DNA from: a virus | Lineage: Duplodnaviria; Heunggongvirae; Uroviricota; Caudoviricetes | Length of the DNA stretch: 12,985 bases | IMG/VR virus record: IMGVR_UViG_2645727562_000001 | Span: 1 to 12,985 of that record | Reading direction: 5' to 3' (one strand) | Shown: positions 1 through 7,457 of the stretch, piece after piece | Numbering within the stretch: the stretch's first letter is position 1 | Layout of the letters: every line of letters starts with the position of its first letter | The notes under the pieces: model-generated | What the model saw: only the letters and a program-made list of their open reading frames with translations | Databases searched by the model: none | What the model was told of the DNA's origin: nothing | Translations under genes and position numbers: made by a program

Positions 1-50
1 CGCTCGACGCTTTCTTTCTGGTATTGAAGGGATTGGGATGGGCTAAGCAT
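1..50 (-). CDS. Start of a further minus-strand nin-region ORF that runs off the left edge
   Basis: ATG (reverse complement of 48-50) overlaps the stop of the upstream ORF at 50-52, continuing the chain of overlapping minus-strand genes. Only about 16 codons are visible. Confidence 0.2.
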   Translation of the reverse strand, partial: MLSPSQSLQYQKESVE

Positions 51-415
51 TATTGGATTCTCTGCATCATGAGAAAGACAATCATGGCGGCGCGGAGGGG
101 ATTTTCATGTATAGCTCGCTTAGATTTACAGTAGGCCACACCGCGTGCACCCCACTCGTCTTCATCGAGATTGATAATGCTAATCCTGTATTTTTCAATA
201 ATCGGCCATGAGTCTGCTGGGTTTGCGCATGGGTTAAAGGATCCGCGCTCAACTTCTACTTCAACTGCGTCTCCGTTTACAATGTCTCCCTCAAATGAGA
301 CAAACACCATATCGCCATTCTCACCTTCTTTGTAATCCGGTGATCCGTTATGAATGGCTTCGAATACCGCCACGTTAATTTCAAAATCACTTAACTGTGA
401 ATAATCCATTGTCAT
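50..415 (-). CDS. Hypothetical nin-region protein, about 121 aa
   Basis: Six-frame ORF 50..451. The internal ATG at 413-415 overlaps the NinE-like stop in an ATGA arrangement, so the likely start is Met13 of the listed ORF (MTMDYSQ...). No family recognised. Confidence 0.5.
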   Translation of the reverse strand: MTMDYSQLSDFEINVAVFEAIHNGSPDYKEGENGDMVFVSFEGDIVNGDAVEVEVERGSFNPCANPADSWPIIEKYRISIINLDEDEWGARGVAYCKSKRAIHENPLRAAMIVFLMMQRIQ

Positions 416-588
416 TTCCTCGCACGATGTCTTAGCCACCGGATATCCCACAGGTGAGCCGTGTAGTTGAAGGTTTTTACGTCAGATTCTTTTGGGATTG
501 GCTTGCGTTTATTTCTGGAGCGTTTCGTTGGAAGGTATTTGCAGTTTTCGCAGATGATGTCGGTGAAACTTCGTCGCTGTCGCCTCAT
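412..588 (-). CDS. ninE: NinE-like small basic protein, 58 aa
   Basis: Internal Met of ORF 412..678 ([23 protein letters not shown]...[12 protein letters not shown]). Its ATG overlaps the methyltransferase stop (ATGA at 585-588). Position downstream of ninB and the Arg-rich, Cys-containing composition fit a NinE-family protein; assignment is from memory. Confidence 0.45.
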   Translation of the reverse strand: MRRQRRSFTDIICENCKYLPTKRSRNKRKPIPKESDVKTFNYTAHLWDIRWLRHRARK

Positions 589-1112
589 GCCGCCCTCCTG
601 ACGCCCTGCCCGATCGCCATCAATGCCGCTTTGGATACGGTAGTAAACATCCGTCGAGGACTGATGAACGGTCGCCAAATCAGCAGCATGGAGCCTTTGC
701 TGTTTCCCTTCTTCTCCAGCCCTGTCGATGGTTCGATAAAATTAATCCGTCCATCAGTGATAATGCGAACTTCGTCGACACTCTCCAGAGCCTTGCTGAA
801 CCATCCGACTGACATATCCTCTGGCACAAGCATAACTACCGTCTGTCGCTGTTGTATGCACTGCTCAGCGGCTTTTTCCACCCACGGCCTGATATTGCTG
901 TACGGTGGGTTATTCCAGATTGCACCGTGGCTTACCCACTCAGAATTGAGCGCGTCGTCGGCCTCAGTTAGCCAGTGAGCACACAGAGCATTTTTGTCGC
1001 TCGCTGCCGAATCCAGCCAGAATCCAAACTCAATATCCAGTGCATCAAAAAGCCAAAGCGGCGTTTGCCAGCAGTCCTTGTCGTGTGCCGGCGTATTTGA
1101 TTTGATAGTCAT
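585..1112 (-). CDS. Phage orphan DNA N6-adenine methyltransferase (Dam-like)
   Basis: ORF 585..1139 contains the NPPY catalytic motif (..[10 protein letters not shown]..) and a DCWQTP N-terminal motif typical of phage Dam-type N6-adenine methyltransferases. Likely start is ATG 1110-1112 (MTIKSN...), overlapping the ninB stop as ATGA. No restriction enzyme partner is adjacent. Confidence 0.7.
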   Translation of the reverse strand: MTIKSNTPAHDKDCWQTPLWLFDALDIEFGFWLDSAASDKNALCAHWLTEADDALNSEWVSHGAIWNNPPYSNIRPWVEKAAEQCIQQRQTVVMLVPEDMSVGWFSKALESVDEVRIITDGRINFIEPSTGLEKKGNSKGSMLLIWRPFISPRRMFTTVSKAALMAIGQGVRRAA

Positions 1113-1555
1113 GCAGCCTTCCCTTTTCGTTGTGACCATTCATACTCTCGCCGGGAGTCATCACTCCACCGCACGTTGCGCTCTGAGCCGAACCAAAACA
1201 TGATTTCGATAAGCTCAGTCATGCTGGCCTTTCGCATTTTGCTGGTACGCACGCCAAGCATGACAACGCCACCGTCGATACCAGGAACACTTCGTTGCTC
1301 CAGTTTTTTGGTCTTAAGCCACAGGGCAGTGAACAGGTCTTTCCAGTCTTCCGGTGCCAGCCGTTGACCATGCCATAGCACCTGACGCGAAACATCGTTC
1401 AGCATCGGCCACATACGGTCATTCTGCGCTTTGCTGCGTTTGGGTTCTTTAAGGTGGACTTCGTGGGGTGACTTGTCGTCGATGGGAAGTGAGAGTATTG
1501 CGTCTATGGCGTTATTTCTGATTGCTTCGTTGCGAAGCATGTATATTTGCTTCAT
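1109..1555 (-). CDS. ninB: NinB recombination protein
   Basis: 148-aa product aligns with recalled lambda NinB over the whole length, e.g. DVSRQVLWHGQRLAPEDWK against DVSRQVEWHGRWLDAESWK, and a matching C-terminus [19 protein letters not shown]. Confidence 0.75.
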   Translation of the reverse strand: MKQIYMLRNEAIRNNAIDAILSLPIDDKSPHEVHLKEPKRSKAQNDRMWPMLNDVSRQVLWHGQRLAPEDWKDLFTALWLKTKKLEQRSVPGIDGGVVMLGVRTSKMRKASMTELIEIMFWFGSERNVRWSDDSRREYEWSQRKGKAA

Positions 1556-1841
1556 CGAAATTCTTCTCTTTAATTCCAGCGGATCTGATAGCTTTCATTA
1601 CTGCAATTACCGTTTTGTCTCTCCCATCCTCATAACCCATCGCATAAGCACCTTCTTCACCATCTTTCCAAAAGTCGTCATTCGATTCGGGCCAGTCGAT
1701 ATCCAGTTCAATAGCTGCTCGCGATGCCTGCCATGCCTCCCATGCAATCTCGACCTTGATGTGCATAATCTTCATCACGTCACTTGAAACGTGATATTTG
1801 TTTTTAAACCATTCTTCAAACTGCTTTCTTGATTCGTCCAT
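1512..1841 (-). CDS. Hypothetical acidic protein, 109 aa
   Basis: Intact ORF with a GAGGG Shine-Dalgarno-like motif upstream of the ATG. Its 3' end overlaps the ninB start. No family recognised. Confidence 0.5.
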   Translation of the reverse strand: MDESRKQFEEWFKNKYHVSSDVMKIMHIKVEIAWEAWQASRAAIELDIDWPESNDDFWKDGEEGAYAMGYEDGRDKTVIAVMKAIRSAGIKEKNFDEANIHASQRSNQK

Positions 1842-1858
1842 CGATACTTACCCTCAGT

Positions 1859-2065
1859 TCAACTCACAAAACGCCACGCCATTTTTGCTACAGCGACAGG
1901 CATAACACCGATAATCACCCAGACAAATGCAGCGCCAAACAACGTATACCATGGGTCTTTACCGTCATTCACAAGACGAATGTAGCTATTCAGAACAATA
2001 AAAAACGTCAGAAGAATCCATCCAACGCCAACGCATTTGAATGCGACGAGCATAAACTCAGCCAC
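1859..2065 (-). CDS. Small hydrophobic protein with two predicted transmembrane helices, 64-68 aa
   Basis: ORF 1859..2065 has two long hydrophobic stretches (GVGWILLTFFIVL and FGAAFVWVIIGVMPVAV). GGGGGAGAG lies just upstream of a GTG at 2065; an in-frame ATG is at 2053. It begins immediately after the replication-operon terminator. Confidence 0.4.
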   Translation of the reverse strand: MAEFMLVAFKCVGVGWILLTFFIVLNSYIRLVNDGKDPWYTLFGAAFVWVIIGVMPVAVAKMAWRFVS

Positions 2066-2074
2066 GATTTACTC

Positions 2075-2113
2075 TCCCCCAAATAAAAAGGCCTGCGATT
2101 ACCAGCAGGCCTG
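2075..2113 (-). terminator. Rho-independent terminator ending the O-helicase operon
   Basis: Perfect 8-bp inverted repeat AGGCCTGC...GCAGGCCT (2089-2112). On the minus-strand transcript it is followed by UUUUUAUUU (reverse complement of 2080-2088), about 30 nt after the helicase stop. Confidence 0.5.
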
Positions 2114-2140
2114 TTATTAGCTCAGTGATGTAGATGGTCA

Positions 2141-3577
2141 TCAGAATCCTCCTTTCTTCTTGGACTGCGGTTCCTCGCGTTCACGGCGGCGCATTTCAGC
2201 AGACTGTTGGTCTGTGTCATAAATAGCGCCATTTGCCTGAATGCAATACACCGTGCCGGTATTGCCATGACGATTGAGGCGAAGGATTAGTTCGGTTTCA
2301 CCAGGAGGAACGCTGTCATCAAAAGCGCCTTCACGATGGATCCCCACCCAATAATCGCAATCCTGTTCAATCTGCCCTGTATCTCGTGAGTCACTTGGTA
2401 ATGGGCGTTTATTGGTTCGGCTTTCCAGTGCGCGGTTAAGCTGTGTCAGAAGCACAACAACGCAATCAAGCTCTTTGGCAAGGTTCTTCAGTCCTTTGGT
2501 GATCATGCCGTAAGCAAGGTCGTTGCGATCGGCCTTCTCAGCGGTCATTAGTGTCAGGTAATCGACCAGAATCATGCCAACACATCCTTTTTCTCGCTTG
2601 ATTCGACGGCTTTCGCTGACGATTTGAGCCAGAGATAATCCCGGCGTGTCGTCGATGTAAAGCAGGTCGATTTCACTCAAGCGATTGGCTGTTTCGATCG
2701 CCCTGTTGAAGTCACCATCGTAATCACCCTGATAGCCGTCATCAGCGTCATTTGTCGCCAGAAGGTAAAAAATATTGGGGTTAACACCTGACTTTTGCCC
2801 TACCAGTTTTTCCAGTATCTGGTCACCTGGCATTTCAAGGCTGAACATCAGAGCGGGCTTTTTCTCATGCACTGCGCAGTTGATTGCCATCTGGCTGTAT
2901 AGCGTCGTTTTCCCCATCTTAGGGCGAGCGCCAATGACAAACAAAGAGCCTTTCACCAGACCTTTCGGTGACAGCATCCTGTCCAGCGATGGGATCCCTG
3001 TGCTCATTCCTCGTTGTTCGCCTGACGGGTCAAATCGCTTCTCAAGGTCGCTAACCCAGTCTTCCATGACCTCACCAAATGAGCGAAGGCCGCGACGCGA
3101 TCCGGTTTTTGCATGGTCTGTCAGTTGCGTGAAAATCGCCTGAATAGCTTCGTACTTCTGCGTTGCAGTCATTCCGTTGCGGGAATAGAGCAATTCCGTC
3201 GCTTCAGTCATGCGGTTGATGGCGTAGCGTTCCATTGCGGTTTCACGAACCTGCATTGCATAGGCAACGATGTTTGCTGCGCTTGGCGTGTTCTTTGCGA
3301 TCTCAGCGATATAAGCAAAACCGCCAACAGACTCCGTTAACGATTTACGCTCCAGTTCATCGAAAAGCGTCAGGCCATCTACTGGCTTTTGCTCCCGGTG
3401 CATTATGGTTATTTCTTCGAAAAGGATTTTGTGTGGCCGGCTGTAAAATGAATCAGGCTTCAGCATCGCCAGAACTTTCTGGACGCGCTCACTGCTGTCA
3501 TCATCCAGAAGCAATCCACCAATCACCGCCTGCTCTGCCTCGATGCTATGGGGCGGCGCATAAAAATTATCGGTCAT
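2141..3577 (-). CDS. DnaB-family replicative DNA helicase
   Basis: Product of about 479 aa with an N-terminal DnaB-like domain (IEAEQAVIGGLLLD), Walker A (GARPKMGKTT) and a Walker B-like motif (ILVDYLTLM). ATG at 3575-3577 with GAGGGTG upstream overlaps the O-like gene 3' end; the six-frame track extends to a GTG at 3592. Confidence 0.85.
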   Translation of the reverse strand: MTDNFYAPPHSIEAEQAVIGGLLLDDDSSERVQKVLAMLKPDSFYSRPHKILFEEITIMHREQKPVDGLTLFDELERKSLTESVGGFAYIAEIAKNTPSAANIVAYAMQVRETAMERYAINRMTEATELLYSRNGMTATQKYEAIQAIFTQLTDHAKTGSRRGLRSFGEVMEDWVSDLEKRFDPSGEQRGMSTGIPSLDRMLSPKGLVKGSLFVIGARPKMGKTTLYSQMAINCAVHEKKPALMFSLEMPGDQILEKLVGQKSGVNPNIFYLLATNDADDGYQGDYDGDFNRAIETANRLSEIDLLYIDDTPGLSLAQIVSESRRIKREKGCVGMILVDYLTLMTAEKADRNDLAYGMITKGLKNLAKELDCVVVLLTQLNRALESRTNKRPLPSDSRDTGQIEQDCDYWVGIHREGAFDDSVPPGETELILRLNRHGNTGTVYCIQANGAIYDTDQQSAEMRRREREEPQSKKKGGF

Positions 3578-4532
3578 CGTGTTCACCCTCACGAACTTTC
3601 AGGTAGGTATTATCGTTAAGCAGGAAATCAAATCCCTTTTTGTGCCAGACGGTTCCGCGTTGATGGTTTGGGCGCTCTTCGAACATCCATCGGCAATTTT
3701 CGCCTACGTAGCTCAAATAATTTCTCCAGTCCTGCATCGTGAACCCATGCCCGTCAAGCTGGCGGGTTATCACTCCGGCTTTGCGCCAGAACGTTCGGAT
3801 CTGGTTTTTACGCTTGTCATTCAGTGCGCGGATTCTTGGCGCTTCAGGAAGGATTTCGTGGTAAGCATCGACAACATCCTGACAGCTAACGGAAGGTTTT
3901 TTCTTGTCAGACTTTTTGTCTGCTGCGGTACTCTCTAATACGTCAGTATTAGAGATAATATTATTATATTCTTTATCTGTGGTAATTTGCTGGTAATCTG
4001 CTGGTACAGTATTGCTTGCAGGCATTGGTATTGCTGGCTTTGAGGTGGTAATTTGCTGGTAATCTGCTGGTACAGTATTGCTTGCAGGCATTGGTATTGC
4101 TGGCTTTGAGGTGGTAATTTGCTGGTAATCTGCTGGTACAAAATTTGACTGATAATCGTCATATTTCTCTACCGAGAAAACTGAGAATTTACCGTGTGAA
4201 ACCCAGTCAATCATGCCGAGTTTTTTGAACTTTCTAAGCAGGTACTGAACGCGATCTGGTTTGAGTCCTGTTTCAAACGCCAGAGAGTTTCTACCGCCAA
4301 GTAGCTTCCCTCTGCCTACCAGAATTTCTCCTGCGTCAGTCATTACATACTCAGGCGTATGCTTTGCTTTGAGGATTAAGTGAACCCACAGATGCGCAGC
4401 TTCTGCGTCCTTGTAAAACGGCACATCCATAATTTTACGGTGCAGCAAGGCATACCCCTTACCGCTGCTTTGATGCGGTTGTTGTAGCCTTCTGGCCTCT
4501 CTGGCTTCGGCTAGATTAGATATGTTACTCAT
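3567..4532 (-). CDS. Replication initiator, lambda O-like, with internal tandem 22-aa repeats
   Basis: 321-aa ORF in the O position, immediately upstream of and overlapping the helicase gene. The central region has three copies of [22 protein letters not shown] encoded by the 66-bp DNA repeats. The conserved-looking C-terminal domain fits phage replication initiators. Confidence 0.7.
   Translation of the reverse strand: MSNISNLAEAREARRLQQPHQSSGKGYALLHRKIMDVPFYKDAEAAHLWVHLILKAKHTPEYVMTDAGEILVGRGKLLGGRNSLAFETGLKPDRVQYLLRKFKKLGMIDWVSHGKFSVFSVEKYDDYQSNFVPADYQQITTSKPAIPMPASNTVPADYQQITTSKPAIPMPASNTVPADYQQITTDKEYNNIISNTDVLESTAADKKSDKKKPSVSCQDVVDAYHEILPEAPRIRALNDKRKNQIRTFWRKAGVITRQLDGHGFTMQDWRNYLSYVGENCRWMFEERPNHQRGTVWHKKGFDFLLNDNTYLKVREGEHDDR
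3979..4139. repeat. About 2.4 tandem copies of a 66-bp unit containing TGCTGGTA-type sub-repeats; putative replication origin iterons
   Basis: Exact 66-bp periodicity (copies begin at 3979, 4045 and 4111). Each unit holds several TGCTGGTA-like short repeats. A strongly AT-rich stretch lies next to it at 3935-3978. Iterons followed by an AT-rich region inside the initiator gene is the lambda ori architecture. Confidence 0.6.
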
Positions 4533-4671
4533 GACCTTTCTCCTTCTGCATCAGCTTCACTTTTTCCAACTCAGCCCGGAATCGACCAGGCTGCTTGAAG
4601 CTGGACAGGAAGCGATCACGTAGTATGTGTTTGTGAATTTTGTCCTGGTAAGGACTGAGTTGTTTTGTCAT
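4525..4671 (-). CDS. Unlisted small ORF between cII and the O-like gene, 48 aa, basic
   Basis: Reverse-complement reading gives AGGAG, six nt, then ATG (4669-4671): [48 protein letters not shown]. Its stop overlaps the O-like start codon. Below the length cutoff of the supplied track. Confidence 0.3.
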   Translation of the reverse strand: MTKQLSPYQDKIHKHILRDRFLSSFKQPGRFRAELEKVKLMQKEKGHE

Positions 4672-4703
4672 AATTACTCCTGTGGATTGATCCAGTAATT
4701 CCC

Positions 4704-5000
4704 TCAGAATTGCATATCAATTTGCTTAAAATCCTCGGTGGCGGCCGGGGATTTTTTCTTTGTGATTTCATCAAGCGCATACTTAAAAGCCCTGCTAATC
4801 GGACTGATGTCTGATGCCATTCCGAAAGCACACAAGACCGAAGCAATAAATCTCCAGTCCGTTCTGCTTATCTTCGATTCATGACAGCCAATCATCTTTG
4901 CCAGACCGCGCTGGGTAAGTGTTGATAGGTTGATGAGTAAATCTGTTTCTGCGCGATCAACGTCACGCTGTGATAGTTTGCTGTAACTTGTTCGTTCCAT
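4704..5000 (-). CDS. cII: CII-like transcriptional activator (divergent from lambda CII)
   Basis: 98 aa in the position downstream of cro and nutR. C-terminus [18 protein letters not shown] resembles lambda CII NKKRPAATERSEQIQMEF, and a central HTH-like segment is present. Confidence 0.7.
   Translation of the reverse strand: MERTSYSKLSQRDVDRAETDLLINLSTLTQRGLAKMIGCHESKISRTDWRFIASVLCAFGMASDISPISRAFKYALDEITKKKSPAATEDFKQIDMQF
4741..4770 (+). ncRNA. 3' terminator hairpin of a putative OOP-like antisense RNA overlapping the cII 3' end
   Basis: Plus-strand hairpin ATCCTCGGTGGCGGCCGGGGAT (4741-4762) followed by TTTTTTCTTT, antisense to the last roughly 20 codons of cII. This is the position and form of the lambda OOP RNA terminator. 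The 5' end and promoter are not confidently placed. Confidence 0.4.
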
Positions 5001-5085
5001 TTCTTAAGATTTCCAATAGTGAATAGTTAGTTGAAAGGTATGCGTGGAAACGCATATGGCCTTAGTTGGTCAGATATCTTGGGAC

Positions 5086-5131
5086 TCGCTTTGTCAGCGA
5101 CGTAGGACGAATGTCCATTGTGAAAATAGCG
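5086..5131 (-). promoter_or_regulatory. nutR: boxA-like CGCTATTTT and boxB hairpin with GACAA loop
   Basis: On the minus-strand transcript just after the cro stop: CGCTATTTT (reverse complement of 5123-5131) lies where lambda has boxA CGCTCTTAC, then UCGCU-GACAA-AGCGA (reverse complement of 5086-5100). The same hairpin recurs at nutL. The loop matches the P22-type boxB as recalled. Confidence 0.5.
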
Positions 5132-5138
5132 GTGTTAC

Positions 5139-5348
<210 letters not shown>

Positions 5349-5363
5349 TTAGTACATGCAACC

Positions 5364-5392
5364 ATTATCACCGCTAGAGGTAAAATAGTCAA
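5364..5392 (-). promoter_or_regulatory. pR promoter driving cro
   Basis: Minus-strand -35 TTGACT (reverse complement of 5387-5392) and -10 GATAAT (reverse complement of 5364-5369), overlapping OR1/OR2 exactly as in lambda. Confidence 0.85.
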
Positions 5393-5404
5393 CACGCACG
5401 GTGT

Positions 5405-5429
<25 letters not shown>
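5366..5429. promoter_or_regulatory. Right operator OR1-OR2-OR3, lambda type
   Basis: Three 17-bp operator half-palindromes: OR1 5366-5382 (TATCACCGCTAGAGGTA), OR2 5390-5406 (CAACACGCACGGTGTTA), OR3 5413-5429 (TATCCCTTGCGGTGATA). OR2 and OR3 match lambda; OR1 differs at one position from the canonical sequence as recalled. Confidence 0.9.
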
Positions 5430-6153
<724 letters not shown>

Positions 6154-6160
6154 CACGTAA

Positions 6161-6598
6161 ATGATTAAAGAACGTATTTCTTATATCATTCCGATTGCGA
6201 TGGATGAAGGCAACCCAGTAACTCCAGTTCTTATCTATGAAATGGATAAAGACTCCCATGAAGTGGATCTATCATTTGGCGCTTTTTTTATCGGCCTTAA
6301 GGCTACAAAAAAATATTCCATAGGCATTGAGGTTTTCAATGCTCAAGAAATACCGATACCAATTGACACAAAACTGTACTCCAACCATAAGTTTTTTACG
6401 GTAGCAGAAGCCAACGATGGAGAAACCATCGTATCAACTTCTATGAGAATTAACTTCCCAAGGGTGAAAATTATCAAGCCTGGGATATTCGAAGTTAGAG
6501 CATCACTGGTTAATCCTGATAAAGGCGAAGTAATTGATGTAAAAAGTTCGTTTTTTGACGTGAAGATAACAGGATCAGTTCGCGATGAGTTTAGATAA
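6161..6598 (+). CDS. Unknown soluble protein, 145 aa; first gene of the cargo cassette in the rexA position
   Basis: ORF starts 8 nt after the cI stop codon. Markedly AT-rich compared with cI. No transmembrane segment or recognisable catalytic motif; alternating hydrophobic pattern suggests a beta-rich fold. The downstream gene overlaps it by 14 nt. Confidence 0.6.
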   Translation: MIKERISYIIPIAMDEGNPVTPVLIYEMDKDSHEVDLSFGAFFIGLKATKKYSIGIEVFNAQEIPIPIDTKLYSNHKFFTVAEANDGETIVSTSMRINFPRVKIIKPGIFEVRASLVNPDKGEVIDVKSSFFDVKITGSVRDEFR

Positions 6599-6956
6599 CA
6601 AGGTTGCTCAGCTTCGTCCAAATCAAAACATATCTCGCCCAATTGGACACTATTCCACTGATGATGCATACTCACGGCATGGTGGAGGAAACGGCGGAGG
6701 TAACATGCTTGAGGCTAGAGTTGCAAAGCTAGAGTCTGATGTTGAATACATCAAGCGCGATCTCGCTGAAGTAAAGTCAGATATAAAATCTGTAGATTCT
6801 CGTCTGTCAGGTATTGAGACAAGCATTAGCTCAGCAAAAATCACCATCAAGGCATCTGCGGTCGTTGTCAGTTTCGTGTTCGCATTTTGCGCCTACATTT
6901 TTGGAAGTTATGTTTCCAAAATCCTTGATGCCTTAAACGGACTCGTTCTTAAGTAA
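6585..6956 (+). CDS. Coiled-coil protein with a single C-terminal transmembrane helix (XhlA-like architecture); second cargo gene in the rexB position
   Basis: The 123-aa ORF overlaps the upstream gene. An alternative ATG at 6705 is preceded by GGAGG at a 4-nt spacing and would give an 83-aa product starting MLEARVAKLESD. Features: Gly-rich low-complexity N-terminus (HGGGNGGGN), heptad-like coiled coil (LEARVAKLESDVEYIKRDLAEVKSDIKSVDSRLSGIE), then a hydrophobic anchor (ASAVVVSFVFAFCAYIFGSYV). Confidence 0.6.
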   Translation: MSLDNKVAQLRPNQNISRPIGHYSTDDAYSRHGGGNGGGNMLEARVAKLESDVEYIKRDLAEVKSDIKSVDSRLSGIETSISSAKITIKASAVVVSFVFAFCAYIFGSYVSKILDALNGLVLK

Positions 6957-6962
6957 CACACA

Positions 6963-6990
6963 ACCCGGCCTCAGCGCCGGGTTTTCTTTG
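6963..6990 (+). terminator. Rho-independent terminator of the cI-cargo operon (tImm-like)
   Basis: Stem ACCCGGC / GCCGGGT with a 6-nt loop, followed by TTTCTTTG, 7 nt after the cargo stop codon. The flanking sequence resembles the lambda region between rexB and OL as recalled. Confidence 0.6.
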
Positions 6991-7146
6991 CCTCACGATC
7001 CCCTTCACCCAATAACACATAACCAATTGTATTTATTTGAAAATTAATAGATACAACTCACTAAACATCGCAATTCAGATCTCTCGATCACCTCCCAAGC
7101 CACACACCCCTGCAAAAAAATAAATCTATATAAAAAACATACAGAT

Positions 7147-7209
7147 AACCATCTGCGGTGATAAATTATCTCTGGCGGTGTTGACATAAATACCACTGGC
7201 GGTGATACT
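7147..7209 (+). promoter_or_regulatory. Left operator OL3-OL2-OL1 with pL promoter, lambda type
   Basis: OL3 7147-7163 (AACCATCTGCGGTGATA), OL2 7167-7183 (TATCTCTGGCGGTGTTG), OL1 7191-7207 (TACCACTGGCGGTGATA). pL -35 TTGACA 7181-7186 and -10 GATACT 7204-7209. Matches the canonical lambda pL/OL sequence; pL reads rightward in this window. Confidence 0.92.
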
Positions 7210-7277
7210 AAACACATCAGCAGGACGCACTACTCACCAGGGCGGTGAATATACAACGATTCGAATATGAATCTACG

Positions 7278-7292
7278 GCGCTGACAAAGCGC
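7278..7292 (+). promoter_or_regulatory. nutL boxB hairpin (GCGCU-GACAA-AGCGC)
   Basis: Perfect 5-bp stem with 5-nt GACAA loop about 60 nt downstream of the pL start, matching the hairpin at nutR and the P22-type boxB as recalled. No convincing boxA is seen upstream. Confidence 0.55.
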
Positions 7293-7302
7293 AATAACCA
7301 AA

Positions 7303-7445
7303 GTGAACTTTGGGGTGTGGTGAAGGGTTCATGGACGGGAATATGTCGCACGTAAAGCGGCGAGGCCTGCGGGACTATTGCCGAATTGAAGTAGGCCGAA
7401 ACAGGTCGAAATGGGTCTCCCACCTACCACACCACCAAAGTTCAT
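7303..7445 (+). promoter_or_regulatory. Long-range stem in the N leader, adjacent to the N ribosome-binding site (RNase III-site analogue)
   Basis: TGAACTTTGGGGTGTGGTG (7303-7322) is complementary to CACCACACCACCAAAGTTCA (about 7425-7444) with one bulge, enclosing about 100 nt. The N Shine-Dalgarno GGAGG (7448-7452) lies directly 3' of the stem. Lambda has an analogous GGGGTGTGTG / CACACACCACC leader stem. Confidence 0.5.
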
Positions 7446-7457
7446 CAGGAGGTCTAT

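Noticed and set aside
454-978. Plus-strand ORF of 174 aa
   Set aside because: It lies antisense to the Dam-like and NinE-like genes, has low-complexity Ser/Leu-rich composition and no ribosome-binding site. Treated as a shadow ORF.
2775-3938. Plus-strand ORFs 2775..3143, 3113..3340, 3235..3606 and 3579..3938
   Set aside because: All are antisense to, or embedded in, the well-supported helicase and initiator genes. Treated as shadow ORFs.
3935-4162. Minus-strand 75-aa ORF with an internal repeat, and the idea that the 66-bp repeats are a CRISPR array
   Set aside because: The ORF is an alternative-frame reading of the iteron repeats inside the initiator gene. The repeats are contiguous with no spacers and lie in-frame within a coding sequence, so they are not CRISPR.
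4616-4846. Minus-strand 76-aa ORF
   Set aside because: It overlaps the cII 3' end and the OOP-like terminator in another frame. cII and the 48-aa ORF explain the region better.
5001-5085. Hairpin ATGCGTGGAAACGCAT (5041-5056) between nutR and cII as a tR1 terminator
   Set aside because: No U-tract follows on the transcribed minus strand. Lambda tR1 is Rho-dependent and cannot be identified from sequence alone.
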